Positions 57,601 to 64,000 of a stretch of DNA of 64,000 nucleotides are shown here, piece by piece. The position numbers and the translations under genes were made by a program. Source of the stretch: a virus; IMG/VR virus record IMGVR_UViG_3300021472_000001, positions 7,923-71,922 of that record; one strand, 5' to 3'. The notes under the pieces are model-generated. The model worked only from the letters and a program-made list of their open reading frames with translations, was not told the DNA's origin and did no database searches. Position 1 is the first letter of the stretch; each line of letters opens with the position of its first letter.

Positions 57601-58431
57601 AGTATTTCAAAGGTGACTGGAAAAGAAGAAGAGTTGGAAAGTGTCAATGCGAGAATCAATGAATTACGAAAAGAGGGGAACAGATTACTCCTTGATAATT
57701 TAGAATATCTGACCTCCCAAGGCTTTATCTCTGGCAAAGTCGCAGATGATATGAGGTTACTCATTAATGCAGCAACTGATCTCGGAAGCGTAACAGAAGA
57801 AGATAGGAAAGCAATGAATGATATGGTCGCAGCGTTCCTATGGATGGGAGCTGAGACTGGGGATCTCAAGGGAGCTATGGATTCTCTTGCCGGAGGGATA
57901 GAGAATTTTGGTCTTCAATTAGAGTATATTCCTGATGATGCTAAGACGGCAATGGATGAAACTCAAGTGGTGATTAGAGATTCTTTGGGTAATGTTCTCG
58001 TGGATACAAGCAAGTGGAGAGAAGATGTTCATGACATTATTAGCGGAGTACCTGAGGATGTCCAGGAGGAGTTTAAGCGGATAGGTTTCCGCTGGGAAGC
58101 GGTGTTTGGAAAAGGAAAGGTCTTAGAATTAGCATACACAGCTCCAATAGAGGACGTCTTTAGGCAGCAATTGGTAGAACTCTCCGAAATTAGTGATAAC
58201 ACAAAGAAAATAGCGGAAAGGAGTATTTCCAAGGGGTCTATGCAAACTGGAGGAATAGTAAGGGAGACAGGATTATACACTTTACATGCTGGTGAGTTGG
58301 TTATACCGAAAAAAGCTGGGGTTTCTCATGTAATGAACATAAACATAGAACATGTGAGTCTCAGTCCTGAATATTCTTCTGAGCGATTCCTTAAAGATTT
58401 AGAGGCATTTAGATTCTCTGCGACAATATGA
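54655..58431 (+). CDS. Tail tape measure protein
   Basis: 1258 aa, helical; TP901-like core (FES.L..V..TTG, AGRLGI). Confidence 0.93.
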   Translation: MERIEVVLEGRDRTQKAFAEFRKNVETSVGELRKAKAEIFAYSSSVKNAIQWQQMSAKEYVRATAQLRKYDDYLRRLTTQIPKNQQEQARWVKSVRQGLSPIQQYIKNFDEIAPLLDKTAQKALDFNNTLIQTTGFVKKGSVYVESLRGRVRRLARSFADMKGPLYTVGRVFNHYLPIFFVGIYAFRNLQQQLDRLVKSFADFESQLVVVERTTGMTTQTVSRLGDIMLDLTTIMPSTIAELEEVAITAGRLGITGEANIMKFTDAIIKMANATVLSADQAANAMARIAKALGIPIENVNYLGSMIDRLANTAAANAEQITTAMKRAAGAAKVLNIPAEALAAMVTTLIEAGDEAARTGTRLSRAFTYASIKTAVMARQMGMSVSELRKRMEEDMLAVWLDYLKMLKETPSKTERLAKAHEVFGMIGSKAIIKLANNYDILVKHMEDAHEDMLTGITLEREFAKALDTTSAKLQILDNQIEAAKIRLGEKLAPATMAMKEIVLKFYETLAGPEPKHYGETITYISSNIEKLLKGQVDLTEGTKRYQTVLTEANYVLYDRGELIDTIIPVEWEEKTLQEKLSYLFGERTKKEQNIIETRKKLLNIQADTLGEWLREADVITKGAASQAFFNDAIYSGTRAFAKYGAVATRANAVIGSLTKSLIESGLASDELRETWDELGDALTKRQSLIKTIVELQSRWGNVTERISDLEYELNDVMEGQLKTIDTLLSANEDLAETYYNLNDALAYLNGQYPTFQSLTRGVLAVINDTIVPIELLDKGFLKLGDVIPKKYLTPLKALLEQHKRVIDSYQELQAAEMQFGPGSEKVVNARALFREELNKYISLLGEASPVITELNAKELEWGLTESKRYTQLKASAIMTQEELELYKEEIDATSDLRNSYDRLNMIRAEITELTNAQNKAQKMWNEALGMSSNTTEAFNNVLDRLGITEEEDRKRYLKRVEEIIKGNESEEKRNKLIIDYIASISKVTGKEEELESVNARINELRKEGNRLLLDNLEYLTSQGFISGKVADDMRLLINAATDLGSVTEEDRKAMNDMVAAFLWMGAETGDLKGAMDSLAGGIENFGLQLEYIPDDAKTAMDETQVVIRDSLGNVLVDTSKWREDVHDIISGVPEDVQEEFKRIGFRWEAVFGKGKVLELAYTAPIEDVFRQQLVELSEISDNTKKIAERSISKGSMQTGGIVRETGLYTLHAGELVIPKKAGVSHVMNINIEHVSLSPEYSSERFLKDLEAFRFSATI

Positions 58432-58781
58432 CGTATAGATTAAAATTTGGGAATTTGGAACTTGATTTAATACAGGAATGGTCTCCTGGTGTTGAGCCAT
58501 TGAACAAAACCTATATTCTTTATGATGGCAATACAGCGATAGCGACTTCTGATAAGATTAAAAGAAGACCCTCAGCTTCAGGAATATGTAATGAGAGTCA
58601 CATCCCTATTCTCACTAACGAAATTGGAAATAAACAAACTCTTCATATCAATTCAGGAGATGGGACTTGGGAATTTGAGAATGCTTCAATTATAAATGTG
58701 AGCCTCAATTATTATAAACACTCGGGTGGTTCTAATTATTATAAGGTGCGATTAGAATTTGCGTGTGAGGGTGGAACATGA
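58428..58781 (+). CDS. Distal tail protein candidate
   Basis: Directly follows the tape measure gene. Confidence 0.6.
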   Translation: MTYRLKFGNLELDLIQEWSPGVEPLNKTYILYDGNTAIATSDKIKRRPSASGICNESHIPILTNEIGNKQTLHINSGDGTWEFENASIINVSLNYYKHSGGSNYYKVRLEFACEGGT

Positions 58782-58951
58782 GCAACGTGGAGATAGGTGA
58801 AGATATAGAGGCTGAAATTAAGGTATTTAGACATAATGGAGAAACAGAAATAGTTAGGACGGAACCCGAGGTGGATGAAGAAGCTCAATTATACATATTA
58901 TTAAAGAAGGCAGAGCTATTGAAACGAGGCTATTTATTCCTTATGAAGTAG
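58778..58951 (+). CDS. 57-aa ORF, in frame with the next gene across a TAG
   Basis: Manual translation MSNVEIGEDIEAEIKVFRHNGE... Confidence 0.5.
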   Translation: MSNVEIGEDIEAEIKVFRHNGETEIVRTEPEVDEEAQLYILLKKAELLKRGYLFLMK

Positions 58952-58966
58952 GAGGTTAGAGAAGAA

Positions 58967-59344
58967 ATGGGTGTAACGAGTAGTGCGATAACAAACGTCG
59001 CAAGGAAGAATATGGCGTATGCTCTTATTAACCAGAATGAATCGAGTTATGATTATGTTTGTATGGGTGTAGGCAATGGTAGTGCACCAGCTCAGGTAAC
59101 AGACACCTCTTTAGCAGGTAACGAATCGAAATACGCAAACGTCAGTGGTGTTTACGAGGATGATTACAAAGCAACTTGGGTGCACACTTGGTATTATGAT
59201 GACTTGCCTTCTCATACATTCAGAGAAGCGGGGATATTCAAGAACGAATCAGAATTGGAGATGCTTGCGAGGATGGTGTTCGACCCCATCACGCTTAATG
59301 AAAGCGATTATCTGGAAATCACTATGAGAGTGCGATTCCCATAG
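58967..59344 (+). CDS. Tail fibre-anchoring/baseplate protein
   Basis: ITN...GVG.G......DT.L..E...EAGIF pattern. Confidence 0.7.
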   Translation: MGVTSSAITNVARKNMAYALINQNESSYDYVCMGVGNGSAPAQVTDTSLAGNESKYANVSGVYEDDYKATWVHTWYYDDLPSHTFREAGIFKNESELEMLARMVFDPITLNESDYLEITMRVRFP

Positions 59345-59366
59345 GTAATCAACATTCGTAAAAGAG

Positions 59367-61652
59367 ATGCCAACTGAGACGTTCATAGCTGGAAATGGGG
59401 ATGGAGTAGTCTCTAATGTTGATTCCGATTATAATGCTTGTCACGACGCTGATGTTGGAGTTGCTGCCGTTGACTCCGACACGGAATTGTTTATCAATTA
59501 TAGATATTCTGATGGGGATTACGGTCTTGACAGAGCTTTCTTGCCCTTTGATACTTCTTCTCTTCCTGATAATGCTCTAATTGAGTCCGCTGTATTGAAA
59601 ATATGCGTAACGGATACAGGATTTTATACTTGTATAGAGGGCGATAAGTTGTGCGTAGTTCAAACATCCCAAGCCTCTGTCTCAAGCTTGTGTGAAGATG
59701 ATTTCAATGAGGTTGGTAATATTAAGGGGGGAGAAATACCCCTTAGTTCCATAGAATCTTGGACCTGTTACGAGATACAACTCAACGAATCAGCCTTAAA
59801 TTGGATAAACAAAGGGGAATGGACAAGGTTAGGTCTGCGCTTTGAAAGCGATATCAATGAAAGTGCTCCTTATGATTGGCGTTGTGCACTTTGGATAGCT
59901 GCGAGTGAATATGACACTCCTGGTGCACGTCCAAGCCTCACAGTTACTTATTCTACACCGCCCGAATACACATTAGATATTGAGCCTTCTTTAATCCCGA
60001 CTATCGGATCGAGATTCTCAAAGACTATTGATGCACCACTCGAATTAACAGGAAAAGCCGCTAAAGTTGCAAAAGCTTTGATGGAGATAATTTTAAATAC
60101 AGAAATCAAACTTGGTACGTCTTTTATTGCATCAGAAAACGTCTATCCTCTCTTAAGTTATAATTTTAGTGGTACGGCTAATACGGAGTTTGCATTAATT
60201 GACCAAAGTATTTGTTGTGAGCCATCAGTTTCTGCTACTTACCCAATTTCTATATCATATAATATTTCTCCTTTAAGTATTGAATCATTACTGACTCGTT
60301 TAGTGGAGGAAGAGAATGCTTTTTTCCCAACTCTTCTTCCTTCTCTTGGCTATCGTTGTGCTGAATTGTCTCAGTTTGACACTTCTTTGTTTATCAAGGC
60401 TAAGTACATAGATATAGCACCATGGTGGGATGAATCTTGGGAATACAGATATCCCGTCTTCATTTGGAATAACACTGGTAGAGTCTTACAAAATTATGAG
60501 GTTAGAGTTGATCTCTCGTCATCGAATTTTGATTACAGCCTATGTAAATCAGATGGAGGAGACCTCCGATTCATTACACCAGATGGCGCCAAGCTTCCAT
60601 ACTGGATAGAAGAATGGAACTATGGTGGAAATTCTAAGATTTGGGTAAAAGCGAAGGAGGTTCCAACAGGCAAACCTTTGATTTTCTATATGTATTGCAG
60701 AAACCCAAACGCTGAGTCTGAAAGTAATGGTAAAAACACCTTCCTTCTCTTTGAAGACTTTGAGGAATATAATGAAGGTGTATTAGACGGGCAGGGAAAT
60801 TGGGAAGAAGAAGGAGATACTGAAAACTTTGAAGTTGTTACTGATGAAGTGAAATCTGGTTCAAAGGCTGTTCGTGTAAATGCTCAGGTCGGAATAACGA
60901 AGATTGTATCCATACCAAGTGATACTGGATTTGCAATAAGGAGTTATATATGGGGAGATACAGATTATCAACGTCCTTGTATCACAATTCAGGAGGACTC
61001 AAATGAAATAGCTGGCATAAAATTTGGAGACAATGGATACATCTGGTATGTAAGGGGAGATGGATGGGCAGATTCAAATAAAATTGCCAGTGATTATAGG
61101 TGGTATAAAGTAGAACAGTGGATATCTGGTTCAGGTGAAATTACTAAAGTTTTCATAAATGACTTAGAGTATGTTCATGATGAAAGTGCCAAGATATATT
61201 CTAATCCTAACAAAATTCGCTTGAGTATGACTTGGGGAACCGAAAGCGATACGGGATATGCCCGATGGGATCAAATAATAATACGGAAATGGACTACAGG
61301 CGTGTCTTATCCCCAGTTAGGTCAGGTAACATTTTTCTCTTCGACTTTAAAAAATCTTTTAGATATAATTCCAGACTACGAAAGGCATCTCAAGCTTAAT
61401 AATACTTTTATTGAAGGAGGAGTCTTAGATGCTTCATCCTCATTTGAGAGTCTCTTTGCTCATGCTTTATGTTACAAAGAAGATTTTGATACGGAATTGA
61501 TAACATGTTCTCCGTTATGGAAAGTATCTCATCTTTTGGACTCATTATTGATAATTGAGAGCGTAGGTGTTTCACCTAAAATCTTATATGAGTTCCTTCC
61601 TGAAGTCCAGACTATAATTCTTCCTCGTTTGACTGTGGTGATAATAGGGTAA
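59367..61652 (+). CDS. Tail adhesin / receptor-binding protein with a DUF2341 domain
   Basis: WW...W.YR.P, DGGDLRF, LPYWIE, KIWVK, Y..NP.A...SNG...F..F.DFE; N-terminal R.FL.FD.S.LP...I.SA.L domain. Confidence 0.8.
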   Translation: MPTETFIAGNGDGVVSNVDSDYNACHDADVGVAAVDSDTELFINYRYSDGDYGLDRAFLPFDTSSLPDNALIESAVLKICVTDTGFYTCIEGDKLCVVQTSQASVSSLCEDDFNEVGNIKGGEIPLSSIESWTCYEIQLNESALNWINKGEWTRLGLRFESDINESAPYDWRCALWIAASEYDTPGARPSLTVTYSTPPEYTLDIEPSLIPTIGSRFSKTIDAPLELTGKAAKVAKALMEIILNTEIKLGTSFIASENVYPLLSYNFSGTANTEFALIDQSICCEPSVSATYPISISYNISPLSIESLLTRLVEEENAFFPTLLPSLGYRCAELSQFDTSLFIKAKYIDIAPWWDESWEYRYPVFIWNNTGRVLQNYEVRVDLSSSNFDYSLCKSDGGDLRFITPDGAKLPYWIEEWNYGGNSKIWVKAKEVPTGKPLIFYMYCRNPNAESESNGKNTFLLFEDFEEYNEGVLDGQGNWEEEGDTENFEVVTDEVKSGSKAVRVNAQVGITKIVSIPSDTGFAIRSYIWGDTDYQRPCITIQEDSNEIAGIKFGDNGYIWYVRGDGWADSNKIASDYRWYKVEQWISGSGEITKVFINDLEYVHDESAKIYSNPNKIRLSMTWGTESDTGYARWDQIIIRKWTTGVSYPQLGQVTFFSSTLKNLLDIIPDYERHLKLNNTFIEGGVLDASSSFESLFAHALCYKEDFDTELITCSPLWKVSHLLDSLLIIESVGVSPKILYEFLPEVQTIILPRLTVVIIG

Positions 61653-62995
61653 TGCCCAATAAAGTATTGAGTTATCGTGTAACACAAGAATGGGGCACTT
61701 ATGATGTCGCCGAAGTGCATTTTCAAGGCATGCCAGACTTTCGAGCTGGAGATTATATTCAAATAGGACAGCGGGATTATTACACTGGGAATGTAGTAAC
61801 CATCTTCAAGGGTGTAGTCATTTCTATGGACAGAATTCATAAGAAGAACTTCGAGGAGACAATAGCGAAAGCAGCTTCCTTTGAGTGGTATCTTACCAAG
61901 CAATACACGTTTTGGGATGAATACACAGAGCACCTCAGTCTCTCTTCCGATATCAACGCTAATCGTTATATAAAGTATTGGTTGGGTGGAGGTTCATTTG
62001 AAGCAGGAACAGAGGGAACGCACTGGGATTTGATTACAGGTGTTCGACCTTTTATGATAGAGGAAGTCCCTAATTGGGCTGAGAAGTATTGCAGGCACAG
62101 TGATTGTAGTTTCAACTTCTTCTTTGGAGGCACGACTAAATGGGATGCTATCATGCAGATTTGTGACGCTTGTGATTTTGTATTCTATTGTTGTTACTCG
62201 GGACCATTTGCTAAACGTCATGCTTATTTCCGTCCTCGTGAGAGAATTGAACAAGGCTTTTATCCCTTTGGTGAACAATTAACAATAGATGCAACTGATG
62301 AGAGTTGGGGTTTCAATAAGAGGCTCATAGAGATACGCTCAAGAGAAAGCCAATCCACTCCAGACACAAAAATTAATAGAGTTGCTATGACGTGCAGAGA
62401 TTTTCCCATAGTTTATAAAGAGCATCCTTTTGTTGGTAAAGCTGGTGGTTACAAACCCGTTGAGATACACAGGGGTATAGATTGGGCAAGCATAGACTCT
62501 GTGGATCAACTCCAAGAAGTGTGTGATAATCTTTATGAATGGCTCAGAAAACCGAATAGAGTGTTTGAAGCTAAGCTTCTCTCCTTAGTTGAGCTTCCTG
62601 ATTTTACTCCTCTTCACACAGGCTTCAAAATTAAAGTGGAAAATGTGGACGGGCATCCCGAAGAGGTTTATAGAATCACGAAGATAACGCATGAGAAGAA
62701 GGGAGGAGACCCGATTGCTACCACGACTCTCGAATATAGGGATGTTGACCTAGTTCATCCCGGAAGTCCTAAGCTGAATGAAATAGAAGTTATAGCCGAT
62801 ACCATTGAAAGTCGGGTAGAGAAGGGTCCAAGAATTCCTGCACATCCGTGTCCTAAAGATCCCCGTTCTATCACAATAGGAGAGTATCCTCGAGTTGCAG
62901 AGGGGGAAGTAGTCGCTGTAAATGAAAGCGAAAATAAAGTAGATATTAAAATAACTCGAACGGGACAGATAGTAAGAGGGGTTCCAGTGTTATAA
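61652..62995 (+). CDS. Tail hub / baseplate protein
   Basis: IFKG.V, WDAI..IC, YRITKITH patterns and gene position. Confidence 0.7.
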   Translation: MPNKVLSYRVTQEWGTYDVAEVHFQGMPDFRAGDYIQIGQRDYYTGNVVTIFKGVVISMDRIHKKNFEETIAKAASFEWYLTKQYTFWDEYTEHLSLSSDINANRYIKYWLGGGSFEAGTEGTHWDLITGVRPFMIEEVPNWAEKYCRHSDCSFNFFFGGTTKWDAIMQICDACDFVFYCCYSGPFAKRHAYFRPRERIEQGFYPFGEQLTIDATDESWGFNKRLIEIRSRESQSTPDTKINRVAMTCRDFPIVYKEHPFVGKAGGYKPVEIHRGIDWASIDSVDQLQEVCDNLYEWLRKPNRVFEAKLLSLVELPDFTPLHTGFKIKVENVDGHPEEVYRITKITHEKKGGDPIATTTLEYRDVDLVHPGSPKLNEIEVIADTIESRVEKGPRIPAHPCPKDPRSITIGEYPRVAEGEVVAVNESENKVDIKITRTGQIVRGVPVL

Positions 62996-63720
62996 TGGTG
63001 CAAGTTGGAGACAAAGTTTATTTGCTTTCACTAAGGAACTCTTATCGTTTAGAAAAGAAAGGAGTGATTGAAGTAGGTGAAAAAGGACTTTTGCTAAGAA
63101 CTCCTGAATCCCTTAGATTTCTTGGCAAGACACTTTTAAAGAAAGGTGATGCATGTAGACTATATTCTACATCCAATATGAGGTGGGCACGAGGACGTGA
63201 AAGCATCATAGAGAAATATATAGATATTAAACTTTGGTTTGCTTGTCCAACTCACAATTGGGCTCTTGCTGATCATGGAGCTTTTTTAGATAAGTATGAA
63301 AACGGAGAATGGCAGCGGGTGTGGCAGACAAGTCCCTATTGGTATGACAGTTATGCCACGAGTTGGCACGAATTTGGCTTTCGTATAAACGTAGATAGAG
63401 GGCGATATAGAATCGGGTTAAAGATGCGAAGTGCGTGGAGGTCAACCACTCACTTTTGGTGGGATGATGTCCGAGTTATACCTGATATGGGAGGAGAGAA
63501 TCTGTTAAAGAATGGAAGTTTTGAGCTCGGTAATTTAGATTATTGGACAGTTGAGAAGGAGCAAGCAACCCTACAAGTGGAAGAAGGATCAAGTGAGCCT
63601 TATCACTCCTATCCACGAGAGGGTCAATATTATTTATGGGTTAAAGCGTGGGGTAGCGGGTGGCCGGGTGAAGAGGATTGTGGTAGAGCAACACTAACTC
63701 AAGAATTCACGCTCTATTAA
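62995..63720 (+). CDS. Tail tip protein with a carbohydrate-binding-like domain
   Basis: WWDDVR, NLLKNGSFE.G...W. Confidence 0.65.
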   Translation: MVQVGDKVYLLSLRNSYRLEKKGVIEVGEKGLLLRTPESLRFLGKTLLKKGDACRLYSTSNMRWARGRESIIEKYIDIKLWFACPTHNWALADHGAFLDKYENGEWQRVWQTSPYWYDSYATSWHEFGFRINVDRGRYRIGLKMRSAWRSTTHFWWDDVRVIPDMGGENLLKNGSFELGNLDYWTVEKEQATLQVEEGSSEPYHSYPREGQYYLWVKAWGSGWPGEEDCGRATLTQEFTLY

Positions 63721-63845
63721 TGTTTTTTTTCGTGTCTACTCGGAAAATTTATAAATCTTGTTGGATTCCTCTTTATGTGTTTCTTATCCCACTTCTTCCT
63801 CACTCTTATTTTATGTTTCCTACTTCCTTTTCTATTTGCTCTCAT
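63717..63845 (-). CDS. 42-aa highly basic peptide
   Basis: MRANRKGSRKHKIRVRKKWDKKHIKRNPTRF...; ATGA-coupled to the upstream ORF. Confidence 0.45.
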   Translation of the reverse strand: MRANRKGSRKHKIRVRKKWDKKHIKRNPTRFINFPSRHEKKH

Positions 63846-64000
63846 CGAATTGATGGGTCAATTTCTTCTTTCTTTTCTTCTTTCTTTTCTTCTTTCTTTG
63901 ATTCTTTAGCTTGTTTTTGATATTCGTTCTTTATCTCATTCCAGAGGAGTTTCCCACCGATGATAGTCTTCTGGTGTTGAATGAGCTCCATAAAGAACTT
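63842..64000 (-). CDS. 3' end of a convergent hypothetical gene (partial)
   Basis: Frame is open from the window edge and ends …KKEEKKEEKKEEIDPSIR*. Confidence 0.55.
   Translation of the reverse strand, partial: KFFMELIQHQKTIIGGKLLWNEIKNEYQKQAKESKKEEKKEEKKEEIDPSIR

Noticed and set aside
30026-63445. Minus-strand ORFs in the structural arm
   Set aside because: Antisense shadows of well-supported plus-strand genes
59367-63720. Diversity-generating retroelement acting on the tail adhesins
   Set aside because: No reverse transcriptase and no TR/VR pair differing at adenines was seen
63720-63920. Plus-strand Phe/Ser-rich 66-aa ORF
   Set aside because: Antisense to the K/E-rich minus-strand ORFs
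1-64000. tRNA/rRNA genes, integrase, att sites, IS elements
   Set aside because: None recognised by eye; tRNAscan-SE and profile searches would be needed to exclude them formally

Overview
This window is most of the genome of an archaeal tailed virus (Caudoviricetes, siphovirus-like), organised in two divergent arms. The minus-strand arm (1-28.5 kb) covers replication, recombination and accessory functions. It encodes family B DNA polymerase, a PriS-PriL-like primase fusion, ERCC4 nuclease, a RadA/B-like ATPase, a DHH nuclease, three DNA methyltransferases, a DUF47/PhoU-like protein, a MoxR-vWA pair followed by seven tandem paralogues, an amidoligase with a class II glutamine amidotransferase, and RadC. 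The plus-strand arm (30-63.7 kb) covers morphogenesis: terminase, portal, TWO protease + HK97-fold capsid modules, glycosyltransferases, Alba, tail genes and adhesins. Alba and the primase and nuclease types indicate an archaeal host. From memory (not checked), a two-capsid/two-protease layout was reported for the ANME-1 viruses Ekchuahviridae. Main candidates for something new: (1) a dispersed, fixed-length (92-93 bp) symmetric intergenic element, TGCACATA-N14-AAATTT-N36/37-AAATTT-N14-TATGTGCA, present five times; (2) an end-healing/sealing enzyme set inside the head module (ATP-dependent ligase, a doubly intein-split LigD-like phosphoesterase, and a nucleotidyltransferase fused to the prohead protease); (3) a helically phased, strand-polar GTGTTAY array at the arm switch, next to a coiled-coil/winged-helix gene; (4) the vWA-linked seven-member paralogue array. 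All calls come from reading motifs by eye; no database search was run.
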